Assembly (NCBI RefSeq): GCF_001194135.2
Contig: NC_068999.1
Location: 52,307,059-52,371,058, forward strand
From: Octopus bimaculoides
Lineage: Eukaryota
Direction: 5' to 3'
Length of the DNA: 64,000 nt
The notes under the pieces were generated by a model. That model saw nothing but the letters and a program-made list of their open reading frames with translations. It was not told the origin of the DNA and made no database searches. Position numbers and translations under genes: made by a program. Positions 11,821-24,519 of the stretch are shown one piece after another. The first letter of the stretch is position 1. Each line of letters begins with the position of its first letter.

Positions 11821-13699
11821 TATTGTTAATTTTGAAAAAAATACAAAAGATCAATTAGGCCTTAGTCACACTTTCTGATAACTGCAGTTGTTGCATAACC
11901 TTAAGTCAATTTTGATCAAACAGACCTCTGATCAAAAGCATTCAAGCTATGACCAGCCCGTCTTTTCAGAGGATGTCTAAATTTACATTATTTAACGCGT
12001 TTTTTCTTTTTTTTTTTAAGATAGTAAAATTTGATTTGGGTGAGACTGACTGCTATTTCTAGTAGATTCAGCACACATATAGAAGTTCCCTCTGTGATAT
12101 TTATGTAGTCTATCTGCAGCCCACAACCTCACTAATCAACAATTTATAGCAGCATTTGAATCCAGCACTCTAAGTTAACAAAACACTAGCTAACTATAAA
12201 CTGTCCTTACTCGAGTCAAGTCAGCTGTATTTCTTCATGGTACCTGTTTTCATTTGTATGCACCGAGTTACCTAGGACTTAATTATCTAAATACATTATG
12301 ATCACTGGTGCAAAATAATTTACAGCAGGATGTGCTGCTTAACACAAACCACTCAACCGTAAAATGAGTGTGGCATCTATCTTTCAGCTAGGTAGGTGGA
12401 GACAAACTGAATGATATTGCATAATAGATACATTATGATTGATAATTGAAAACATAATAATTGACAAAATAATAATAATGGCTTCTAATTTAGGAACAAG
12501 ATCAGCAATTTTGAAGGGAGTGGCATTAATCAATATCATCAAGTCTAGAACTCAGCTTGTATTTATTCCACTATTAATTCGGNNNNNNNNNNATGAAAGG
12601 TAAAATTCCTTTTGGCAGGATATGAACTTAGAGAGTAAAGAGCCAGAACAAATATCACAGCTCAAGGCCAACCAGTGAACTGAAAGTCAATTTGGTAGAA
12701 AACTGCATGCATGCATGAATGTACATATATATGTATTCATTCGTGTGTGACTATGTGATTGCTTACATTTGCACTTTTCAGAAAATTGCTAACCTACAAG
12801 TGATTTACATAGTTGTCATGCTCCTCTGAATTTTCAAAGGTATGTGAAATAAAAGATTCTTTACTTGATAGATGAAAACTATGTATGTATGTACATACGT
12901 ATGCATTCATGCATGTCTGTGTGATTGCTTACTTACAAGTGAATTACACAGTTGTTATGTTCCTATGTATTTTCAAACAGGTGTGTGGAATAAAAGACTC
13001 CTTACTTGAAAAAAAAAAAAAAAAAAAAAAAAAACAGGTAAGGGTTAGCAATAGGAAGGGCATCCAGTTGTAAAACAATGCTTCAATAATATATTCATCT
13101 AACCCATACTAGCAGGGAAAAAACAAGACTTAACCAAAAAAAAAAAATAAATAAATAACCCTCATGTTGCCAGTTTAGTTAATATTACCGATAGATATTT
13201 GAGAAGATATGGCAGCTTTAATACATTCATATAATCTTGTGGCATTGAAAGATACAAGTATTTATGAAAACAGAGAGGAATCTGTGAAAGTAAAATCAAT
13301 CTTTTACTATTTGATATTCTACAGCAACATTATTCTTTCAGGCAGCCTTGGCAGAAATATGCCAAATGATTGTATTTCTTTTCCTTTACAAAAGTTCTAT
13401 ATTAAGAAAAAATTGCAGTAGGAAATTTGTTTTGGTAATGGAAACTTGACAGTCCTATTCTTGGGATCTACATTTATCTTTATCTCTTTATTTTTTTGCT
13501 TGTTGCAGTCATTTGGCAGTGGCCATGCTGAGACACCACCTTGAAGGGTTCCACTGAACAAATCAACCAAAATACTTATTTTTAAGTTAAGTATGGTACC
13601 TCCTATTCTATTAGTCTCTTTTGCCAGACTGCTATGTCACAGTGATGTAAAGAAACTAACACCAGTTGTCAACCAAGAGTTGGGGACAAACACATGCAT

Positions 13700-13730
<31 letters not shown>

Positions 13731-13903
13731 ACGATCATCATCATTTAATGTTTTCCAACCCTTACCTGTTTTTCAAGTAAAGAACATTTTTCTTATATTC
13801 CAGAAGAATTTACTGAGCTATAACTGGGGACTTTTGTTGACAGGAAGTGTCAAAAAAGGCCACCATCCTTTATAGGACTGCCACATTCTGTTGGCATATA
13901 AAC

Positions 13904-13943
<40 letters not shown>

Positions 13944-14763
13944 TAAGTGTGTGATTGTGTGTGTGTACACTTATACAATAGGTTTCACAATGTTTTTGTC
14001 CACCAAATTCCCTTACAAGGTATTGGTTGGCCCAGAGCTATTGTGGAAGACACTTGCCCAAGATGTTGCTCAGTGGGATTGAACCTAAAGCCACATGGTT
14101 GAGAAGTAAACTTTATAACCACACAGTCATGCTCTTGTTCTTTAATATCTCACACTAAGGCCTTGACATTAGCTAAATGATTTCGCAAATACAATGCAAA
14201 GTCGCAGATACCAAAATATTGTTGCTCATGAAAATACAGACTGGGCCTTTGTGATTTATTAATGGTTTTTGTAAATGCCAGAATTAGAGGAAATTACTTT
14301 GCATAGTGAATGGTAATATTGAGTCAGAAGACTCTAAATAAATTTAAAGAATATATATACATGTATATTAAAAAAAAGCTAAAACATAGTGAACCTTTAA
14401 TGTTCCCCATAATAATTTTTATAATCAATGAAATTCCTCTGAATGAAACAAGTCTGTTACTAAAATCAGCAGAACTTGTTCCATTCATTAAACCATTTTT
14501 TTAAAATTCAAGCTTCTCAGTAATATAATAAAAGCTTCAGTTAGGATTCTATGCTGAAGGCAGTTAGAAATATGTTTCAAGATATTACTCTCATTTCCAG
14601 TATTCCTGTACTATCACCCTCTCTTGTACTGATTCTATTCAATCTAATTACCAACAACCATCAGGTAGTTCCCCCGCTCTCTCTCCCCCCATCACCTTCT
14701 TACTCTGGCTCTCTTCTGTTACGTTTTTATGTCACTCTTTTGTTCGAATTCTTTTCTAGTTAA

Positions 14764-14815
<52 letters not shown>

Positions 14816-17800
14816 NNNNNNNNNNTATAAGTTATAATAAACTGATTTTTTTTATAAGATACAACAAAATAAATATTTAACTCTACAATTTGTATTGAGT
14901 TCTCTAACAGATAATGCTTCAACTGGTGTTAACATATCTCTAAACATGTTAACCACCTATGCATAAAACACACACACACACACACACTCAGTAGAATAAG
15001 AAATAGAAAGTCCTTGGTACAGTATTATATATTTTTGAAAAGATGAATAGAAATGGCATCCCTGTTAATTTTTCTACTTAAAAAACTAGATGTTTATAAA
15101 ATTATTAGGTATTTACACACACACACACACACACATTTATATACACATACACATTTATACACACCCACATGTATATAGACACAAGTATCCCAAGTCATGG
15201 AGTACATAGTAATGTGCTCTATTTCTTTTTCACGATAAGAATTCTAAGAACATTCTACACTTATGTTGTGTATGTATGTACACACACACACACACATACA
15301 TACATGCATATATATATATAAGCAGGATATTGACAATATGACAGCTAGTTCTACATATTCATTATAATCCTATGAATTCAGTATTCTCAACTAAATTATG
15401 TTACCTCTCAAAAGAAACTGATAATCCATTGTTATTGATTCACGAACGAGTGAATTAACATTCTGGGCATTTCATTACATCTGTGCTGGTCTATACACAC
15501 AAAAAAAAAATCTGACATGTATACACGTAAACAAATAAAATATATATATGATAAAAAAAAAAGGTAAATAAAAAGGTCAATGAAATAACTATCTTTAAAG
15601 GCATCAATCCAAGGAAGAGGAAAAAAGAAAGAGTAAGTTTTCTTCTTAATAGTAAAGAAGCAGGCATTTCTCCTTGATTTCACACAGTGCTGATTTAAAG
15701 TGGCATACAGAGCTTTCCATGGAGATATAAGATAAAAAAGAAATGAAACCAGAAATTATATACCATAACGAGAGAGGGGGGGAGAGAGAGACAGGGAGAA
15801 AGAGAACAATTTAGAAATGAATTTAATATAAATATATCTCAGCTAGATTTTGGTATCAATAAATGAGGCTCCTTATTTGGAATAAGTGATGTGTGTAGAG
15901 AGCCAAGTATAGAGAGCTGAGTTCCTGGAGAGATGCTGAAACTACAACTTGGATTCCAGTTCTTAGTTCTTGTTTTTGTTTTTTTTGCCTCACTTACTGA
16001 AGTGTAAACATCACACACTAATGTTTCCACATGCATGCATATCCAAGGTCTCGTGTTAAAGTAAGGAAGTAATAAGTACAGGATGTTCGTTATCATCAGC
16101 ACTACAACATCACCAAAACTGAGTGTTTGGGTTGTCTTTTGTGCTACATTCCTGGCAATAAGGTTTGTTAATACCCTTTTTGTAGACCATATATTTATAT
16201 GATAAAAAAAAACAGTGAGCAAGTGACTTTTCCAGCAAACATGGAAGCCACTTTGTAGTCGCTTAACCTGCTAAAAATAATAGCCAAATAGCCTTGCTGC
16301 TTTACAAAATAAAGAACATGTTGGATGTGTAGTTTTTGATTAACTATATCAGAGAAATAAGACAGATAGAAAGGTCATGGCAGGAATGCCTTTAATTATA
16401 GGTCTGCTCAACCGAGGCTGACTTGGGATTAAACAATAGTTCACAGAACCTACTTGAAAGTCAGTCTGAAGGACAAGAAACCTTAAAAAGTCTTACGATT
16501 TAATTTTCAAGGATCACAACATACTAATCAATTGAGTGACCTTTAGCACACTTAGACATATTGTATGACAGTAGAGTTTTCTCCCCTGTAGTTGCAGACG
16601 CATTGTGTCACACTGAGAGGGGAAAAAAACTCATCCGGCAACATGATGCACCTCCAGCATGCTAAAGGTTAAAGGAGCAACAAATTGTGTTTTGTCACTC
16701 TAGTACATTTTCCCTTGAGCCACAACATGAAAGGCTCATCAGTGATGCCTTGACAGCCCTCTAGATCACATATCACTCATCATCATTTTAGCATCCACTT
16801 TTCCATGTTTGCATGGATTGGAGATTACTGAGGCACAATTAGTACAACCAGATGCCTTTCCTGTTGCTAACTCACATCAGTTTTCAAGCAAGGTAACATT
16901 TTTCCATAAACAGACATGTTTTAGCAGAATTTTATCTAGCTTGGAAACAGGTGACAGTTAGTGACAGGAAAGGCATCCAGCCATAGAAAAACTACCTCAA
17001 CAAATTCTGATCAACCAATGCAAGGATGGAAAAGTGAACATTAAAACAATGACACTGACGATGATAGTGATGATGACACACACACACAAAACAGGTTTCT
17101 TTCAGTTTCCATCTGCCAAATCCATTCACAATACTTTGGTCAGTCCAAGGCTATAGAAGAAGACAGCTGCCAGAGGTGCCATGCAGTAGCACCGAATCTG
17201 AAACCGTGTAGTTGGAAAGCAAATTTCTTAACCTCACAGATATGGCTGCTTGCTGCTGCTGCCCCTTCTCCTCCTCATCAGCAGCAGCAACAACAACCAC
17301 ACACGCACGCGCGCGCACAACCTAACTCTGAAATTAATATTTCATCCGGATAAAATATCAATTATCTAACTCATTGTTGTGAATTGTAATACTAAATTAA
17401 TTAAATCTCAAACTGGAAATTAGTTTCAATGGAAGATTTCCTAAATCGCTCAAGCTTAAATACCTACATCTATTCTTTAACTCCTTTCAACAATACTGTC
17501 TTTTGTTTTTGATTTTTCTTCTCCATTTTCCTCACTTTAAACAAACATTTCTGTTGTCTGTATTATTATGTTGACCATGAACTCTATTCTTTTCGAGATG
17601 TGGTTGATTAAAAATTAAAATTAAAAACAAAACGAAAGAAAGTAACCAGATACCAAATTAATATAATTAAGTCTTGAGTAAAAAGTAAACACAAAAACAA
17701 AAAAATTTTTTTAATCTTTCCTTAATCATGAAATGAAAAAAAATGAAAAAAATAATATAATAAAAATTTAACATACAAGCATGAAGAATTAATTGAAAAT

Positions 17801-18056
17801 AAATAAAAATATAACTCCCGGTAAGAAAAAAAAGAAATTTGAGTAAATAATTTTAATATTACTTGGGTGGAATTATTGATTTTGAATTTTAGCAGATTTA
17901 CTTTGAACTGTCGTATAACCTCTTAACCAAACATGTGTGTATGTAGAGAGAGAAAGAGAAGAAGGGGAGAGAAGGAGGGATAGAGAGAGAATGTGTATAT
18001 GGATATACATGTGTGTGTGTAAGTATATACACACACACTCACACACACATATATAT

Positions 18057-18450
18057 ATACGTTTTTACTCTGTTACTTGTTTCAGTCATTTGACTGTGGC
18101 CATGCTGGAGCACTGTCTTTATAGTTGAGCAAATCGACCCAAGAGCTTATTCTTTGTAAGCTTAGTACTTATTCTATCGGTTTCTTTTGCTGAACTGCTA
18201 AGTTGTGGGGACGCAAACACACCAGCATCGGTTGTTAAGCAATGTTGGGGGGACAAACATACACACAAACATATACACACACACACACACACACACATAT
18301 ATACGACGGGCTTCTTTCAGTTTCCATCTACCAAATTCACTCACAAGGCCTTGGCCGGCCCGAGGCTATAGTAGAAGACACTTGTCCAAGGTGCCACGCA
18401 GTGGGACTGAACCCGGGACCATGTGGTTGGTAAGCAAGCCACTTACCATA
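18057..18450 (-). mobile_element. tRNA-derived SINE family A, full-length CpG-retaining copy
   Basis: Reverse complement of the family A head, (TG)n and tail, with many CpGs intact. Confidence 0.85.
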
Positions 18451-19214
18451 CACCACACATATATTTATATATATTAAATACAAATCCAATAGCCTTTGTC
18501 ATGATGGCAGCTCTTTTAATTTTAAACCTTATTTCCCTATAGGAGAATTATGTAATTACTGTAAAGAAACATGCCTGTGTATTGTAATCCAAAGATGACA
18601 ATTTTGGATGGTAAATTGGTTTCAAATTTTTGCACAATTTTCATCTAAATTTATATGAAAATAATAAAATTTTTCAAGTAAATATTTTAATTCAATTTTA
18701 ACACTAAAATTTTTCATTAAAGGATAAAAGAATCTTTTTTTTCCTCAATAACTACCAACAAATAAAACCTTGTTTCTAATGGAAATTTTGTACTTCAACA
18801 ATTTTTTGAAAAGGTATGACAGAACATATCTTAAAAGTTTGAAGCATGCAAATTTCTTAAAAGACAAAAAGTTGATAAATATTGCAATAAATAATTTGGA
18901 TTATAGATTTAAAAACAGACATAAAAATATTTACTTTGACATTTTAATCCCTTTAACAACAATGGACACATGCAAACATCTGGTAGGCTTCCACGGTTTC
19001 CATCTACTAAGTTCCACTTACAAGTCACAGGTCAACCCAAAGCTATGATAAAAGACACTTTGCCTAAAGTGCCGCACAGTGGGATAGAACCTGAAACCAT
19101 GTGGTAGCAAAGCAAACTTCTAAACCACACACTTATGGTGCATTCATTTGAGTGGTCAATGCCCACAGTATCTAAGTAAGAAACCCTACATGAATGTAAT
19201 AAGATCCACTACAA

Positions 19215-19500
19215 GATCCAGTCCTTCTTGTAGTGTGGTAGCTTGTATGCCTCAATGACCCTGAGAGCTATGCCCGTGAAGTACAAGCTCATATGCTGGA
19301 CAGGAAGTCAAAGGATAAAATCCAAACTAATGTCGACCACATCTTCCCAGAGGTAAAAACAGGCTTGCGCAGGGCCAACACTCCTACCTAGGAAAGAGCT
19401 AGGTTACAGAAGCAACAATTGGAAACCAACAAGACCTGAAAAAGGAAAGAAGTGAAAAGAGACAGCCCAGAGTCAAGAGCAATGGACAAAAAAGAGGAGA
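19215..19500 (+). mobile_element. Bipartite non-autonomous RTE-derived element (5'UTR plus 3'-end remnant)
   Basis: ...CCTCAATGACCCTGAGAGCTATGCC... RTE-type 5'UTR, followed by a GAAAAGAGACAGCCCAGAGT 3'-end-like segment. Homologous to 47325-47890. Confidence 0.55.
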
Positions 19501-19611
19501 GAAGGAGAATGTAATACAACACCAATAAGAAAAACTTGTAAATGTAAGGAACCAATTGTACAAAATCAAGAGAAAAATTCTGCAATTTTTCAAGGTCATC
19601 TTTAGAGTTGT

Positions 19612-19955
19612 GACGATGCATGGCTCAGTGGTTAGTGCATCAGGCTCACAATCACGAGGTAGTGAGTTCGATTCCTGGACCAGACTGTGTGTTGTGTTCT
19701 TGAGCAAGACACTTTATTTCACGTTGCTCCAGTTCACTCAGCTGCAGAAATGAGTTGTGATGACACTGGTGCCAAGCTGTACCAGCCTTTGCCTTTCCCT
19801 TGGATAACATCAGTGGCGTGGAGAGAGGAGACTGGTATGCATGGGCAATTGCTGGTCTTCCATAAACAACCTTGCCCAGACTTATGCCCCGGAGGAGAAC
19901 TTTCTAGATGCAATCTCATGGTCATTCATGACCAAAAGGGATTTTTTTTACCTTT
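19612..19955 (+). mobile_element. tRNA-derived SINE family B
   Basis: TGGCTCAGTGGTTAG...GAGTTCGATTCCTGGACC head; core TTGAGCAAGACACTTTATTTCACGTTGCTCCAG; tail ...CATGGTCATTCATGACC. Other copies at 30082-30392 (+) and 43905-44260 (-). Confidence 0.85.
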
Positions 19956-21124
19956 ACCTCTTTATTTTTAGAATCAGAATCACTTCACATATGCAGATAA
20001 AATGACAGAGAGAAAAAAAAAATGTNNNNNNNNNNNNNNNNNNNNNNNNNNNNNNNNNNNNNNNNNNNNNNNNNNNNNNNNNNNNNNNNNNNNNNNNNNN
20101 NNNNNNNNNNNNNNNNNNNNNNNNNNNNNNNNNNNNNNNNNNNNNNNNNNNNNNNNNNNNNNNNNNNNNNNNNNNNNNNNNNNNNNNNNNNNNNNNNNNN
20201 NNNNNNNNNNNNNNNNNNNNNNNNNNNNNNNNNNNNNNNNNNNNNNNNNNNNNNNNNNNNNNNNNNNNNNNNNNNNNNNNNNNNNNNNNNNNNNNNNNNN
20301 NNNNNNNNNNNNNNNNNNNNNNNNNNNNNNNNNNNNNNNNNNNNNNNNNNNNNNNNNNNNNNNNNNNNNNNNNNNNNNNNNNNNNNNNNNNNNNNNNNNN
20401 NNNNNNNNNNNNNNNNNNNNNNNNNNNNNNNNNNNNNNNNNNNNNNNNNNNNNNNNNNNNNNNNNNNNNNNNNNNNNNNNNNNNNNNNNNNNNNNNNNNN
20501 NNNNNNNNCTTTACTCTTTTACTTGTTTCAGTCATTTGACTGCGGCCATGCTGGAGCACCGCCTTTAGTCGAGCAAATTGACCCCGGGACTTATTCTTTG
20601 TAAGCCTAGTACTTATTCTATCGGTCTCTTTTTGCCGAACCGCTAAGTGATGGGGACATAAACACACCAGCATTGGTTGTCAAGCAATGCTAGGAGGACA
20701 AACACAGACAATAAATCTTCGCAAGCTGAGTTTTGTGTCCAATGAAGGAGACGACGTTGGCACGGGTGCCAGTTGTCAAATTTAGTTCAATTTCACTTGC
20801 CTCAACAAGTCTTCGCAAGCAGAGTTTAGTGTCCAATGTAGGAAAGGTACGTATAAGTGGGCTGGCTACACCCCTGGCAGAGGCCTTGCATGCAGAATGA
20901 AATACAAGGCATTATTTATAAGACATACACTACAAACAACTGACGCATGCTGGAGGAATGTACTTATAGAAGGGATAAACCAAGAGAGGCTTAGAATAAA
21001 GTAGTTAGATTAGACACAATAAGGTTCAAAATACTGAGCCTCACAGGATCAAGATGCAAAGAATATGTCAGTATGGACGGCAGACATGAAATGGTGGTGA
21101 TGATGATGATATACNNNNNNNNNN

Positions 21125-21584
21125 CATCAATGGTCGGGCAGAGACCGTGTCAGTCGACAGGCTTAAAAAGGCACATTTTGAGGTGCCCACACCTGTCAAC
21201 AACACCCCAGCCATGCCCACTTTTGATCCTTTACAACCACCTACACACCCACCTTTGACCACACCATCACTTTCACCTTCGTCGCCACGACCTAACACAA
21301 ACAAACTCTATGTCACCAGGACAGGCTGCACTGTGCATTGGCCCCAAAAACTCACCACAACTATTTACATCTAACAACCTTTTCTCCTGTGACAGACAAT
21401 TGTTTTCTAGTGTGCTGAATAATTCCAATGTTTTGCCATTTTGTGCATGCTCCTTTTATATTGCTTGTAATTATTTCCTCTTGATGTATCACATCTTGTT
21501 TGCGATCGGTTACCATCTTTGCTCTTTTCTTGTGCCTGCTCCAGTCATTCTAATTTCACACTAGTGTTCACAGAGGGCAGCCCC
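21125..21584 (+). mobile_element. Gypsy LTR retrotransposon: integrase C-terminus, 3'UTR and PPT
   Basis: INGRAETVSVDRLKKAH...YVTRTGCTVHWP (VS.DRLK and TRSGR-like Gypsy tail motifs). Purine-rich AGAGGGCAGCCCC lies immediately before the LTR; the upstream part is lost in the 21115-21124 gap. Confidence 0.8.
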
Positions 21585-22010
21585 TGTAGTGAGGCACAAG
21601 AAGCCAGTGCCATTTTCAATGAGATCTTGCTGGTAGCCATTACCATGTCCGAGACAAGAACGAGATCTCACCTGCAACCATTTGCCATGTGTGAGACGAC
21701 AATGAGGCTCTTGCCAGCAACCAGTAATTAAGCTGGAGAATAAGACATTCTCTCTCTCATTCCTTCTCGCGCTTACGCTGAGAAACACTGTGAAACCAGC
21801 AGCTCACAGCGGACCCTTGTCCTGCTCTAACTCCGCATGCTTATCTCCAGAGGTAATGAACCTCAAGTGTACAGAGCTATAACAAACCACATGCTGCCAT
21901 GAAGATGGTCTCTGAGAGCGAACCACATGACCGAGAACTCTGTAAATAAACAGCTATTGAACTGTACTCCACTTGTGAACTTCTACGTGTTTCAGATCCT
22001 TGAAGCTACA
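21585..22010 (+). mobile_element. 3' LTR of the Gypsy element (426 bp)
   Basis: Termini TGTAG...CTACA (5-bp inverted repeat, TG..CA). AATAAA near 21945; directly follows the PPT. Confidence 0.75.
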
Positions 22011-22299
22011 AAAATAATTACAATGGGAAAAGGAGATACTCCACAGGTATCATAAACCTTCCATTCCATTATAGATGTAAACACACAGTGACAAACTGGG
22101 AGACACTATATATACATATATATATATAAATATAGATATATACACACACACACACACACGATAAACTTCTTTTAGTTTCTGTCTCCCAAATCCACTCACA
22201 AGGGTTTGGTTATAGTAGAAGACGCCTGCCCAAAGTGCCACGCATTGGGACTGAACCCAAGACCATGTGGTTGGGAAGCAANNNNNNNNNNCCTGTGCC

Positions 22300-24330
22300 T
22301 ATAAAATTTTTTTTTTTTTTTTTTTTTCCAGATAGAATTGAAACTATTCGTTATGCAGAATTTGACAGTTCAACTAATCTCTCAAATCCATTACAATAAT
22401 CTAATTGGTTTACTGAAAGTGTTTATTTGCCGATTTGAAATGAACATTTTTGTCGCATCTGTTTCATTTCTTTAAGTACATTCAGCAAACCAAATATAAC
22501 AAATTGCGACTTCATTGCTCGACCTCCAAGAAATAACTGACAAATGTGGTTAAAACCAGCTTAAATGGGGCAAAAAAAAAAGTGGGGACACATGGCCAGG
22601 ATGGTTACAGCTGCAACACTTCTAACAGGATTAAATTGGAGCTAAACACTAGCGATACCTTTACACTTTAGCCTTAAATAGTAAAGCTACCAACATCGTA
22701 TCTCTCGCAGAGTCACTATCTCAAAGCGTTTCATAACATGATACATCAAGGAATTAGCAGAATTGTTTTTAAAAAATTATTTAATCAGAGACCAAACAAT
22801 TATTAATATTTCGAATTATTTTTGTTGTCAAACGAATTATTTCTCGAGTTTACATTATGATCGGCTATAATAAACAAACATAAAAAAACTATGTATATTT
22901 TCGTCAGTTTTATAGCATTCTTTAGATACATCTTTTCTTATATTCAAAGGAATTATACAATGCATTCTGTTTGTGTTGATTAAGGGTTAGGGTTTTTCCA
23001 GTTGTGCCGACAATTTATTTCTAATTAAAAAAATTCCAAGAAGTCGTAATAACAAATGTAAACAGCAAATTCGGAACACAATTACTTCCCTCGACCATGA
23101 CATCACCATTTTAAAGATACACGGTAAAGTTAGGCCCAAATGAATCTAGATGTGGAAGGAAATATTTCCACTTAAATAAATGGGGAAGACTGGTTTAATG
23201 AGGGAGTAAAATATTTCCCGCCGACCCTGGAGCAGACAAAAGAAATGAAGGAGAACCCAAATATTAAATGTTCATTAGTCGCTAACACTATCGAAATCAA
23301 ATTCATTGAGTAAATACAAATTACTATCGTCCCGTCGGTGTTTTAATTAGGAACGAATTTAACTTTTAAACTGGATAATTCCTTTTTAGTTCGAGCGTCT
23401 TCGCCCCATTGAACATTTAGGGAAATTCAACGAAATTACCACATTTACAAGACAACCTAATAATAACGTGGGTCTTAAATTATTAATTCTATATCTGCAA
23501 ATTCTTAGAGGTGCCAGAATAAAAAGTAACGTGAGATGTCGCAGATTAAGTTCTATGATTTGAGGAACATAGCAATAATTAAGAAACAAAAGGTTACAAA
23601 AAAAGGACCCTTCGCAATTCTTAATGATACAGTACTTCAGTCGTTTCGTATACAACACCAGTCTTTAAACTTATTCTGTTTATTCAGTTAGGAAAACAAA
23701 TGTTGTAAATGCAAACGATTTATAGGAAAATTGTCGCTGCTAACATATATAGTATCATTATGGGATGAAAGAAAGAATTTTAAATTGTCAATGACGGTAG
23801 AAATAAAGTGAAATAAAATAGGTCTCCGCTCTAACCAAAGAAGGATGTTTTGTAAATAATATTAGGGAGAGAAGAATTAGTTGGTATGTATGTCATGTAA
23901 TGTAATAAGTGTCTCTGTCTAACTACGAAATAAAAGTAATGCGACCGTGTGTAACGAGCTACAAGTCATTCTGTAAACATTAGACGAGACGACCAGAGAG
24001 ATTTAAGAGAGAAGCTTTTGTAAGAGGTCTGGTGAATATATCTACTGAAGCTATAAATGAAATAAAGTACAATGTTCCGAAATGTTAGCAAGAAATAAGG
24101 GATTTTAGATTTAGATGCCAGGAAATACTCACTTAAATCATCTTCGCCCGACATCGAAATTTCACTTTTATGAAATGGTAAAGTTAACTTCTGCTAAGAG
24201 ATACAAACCGTAAACGGATTCTTACAAACACACGACTGTTGCAAAAGTACCGAAAATGAGTCTGACTGTTGTAAATCCTAAGCATGTAAACCGTACAAGG
24301 CTTAATCTGCGGTTTGTGTTATTTACTCCC
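22300..24330 (-). promoter_or_regulatory. CpG-retaining promoter / first-intron region of ECPAS
   Basis: CG dinucleotides are visibly much denser here (about 15 counted by eye in 23941-24320) than in downstream ECPAS introns; the region surrounds the ATG exon. Confidence 0.55.
24133..24154 (-). CDS. ECPAS: ECPAS/ECM29 first coding exon (MSGEDDL + 1 nt)
   Basis: Minus strand ATG TCG GGC GAA GAT GAT TTA A followed by donor GTGAGT. Resembles the short ECM29 N-terminus (human ...SQDEL-N) and lies in a CpG-rich region upstream of the other exons. Confidence 0.65.
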
Positions 24331-24519
24331 TCTGAAATAAAGGGAATAAATAATATTTTTAATTGCAAGAATAATAAAAAGTTAGAAAGATATGATAACA
24401 TGAAGTTAATTCACAAATTTACATTCAAAGTAATCCAGCTTCCTTTAGAAATATTGATTTCTGAGCATATGAATTTAAATACATGTTTGAAAGGGAAGAG
24501 AGCATAAACATTGTGGAGT

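Noticed and set aside
15990-16075. Minus-strand peptide TRPWICMHVETLV...YTS|GTAAGT resembling ECM29 SRPKIQLPVETLL
   Set aside because: Lacks the conserved LP and LNKR residues, is too short to the donor, and is far more diverged than all true exons. Treated as chance.
16700-16750. Minus-strand CTGATGAG followed by a GCC...GGC stem (hammerhead-like)
   Set aside because: The stem is followed by TCAA, not GAAA. No complete hammerhead core was found here or at other CTGATGA sites inspected.
22981-22995. TAAGGGTTAGGGTT telomere-like repeat
   Set aside because: Only about 2 units; expected by chance.
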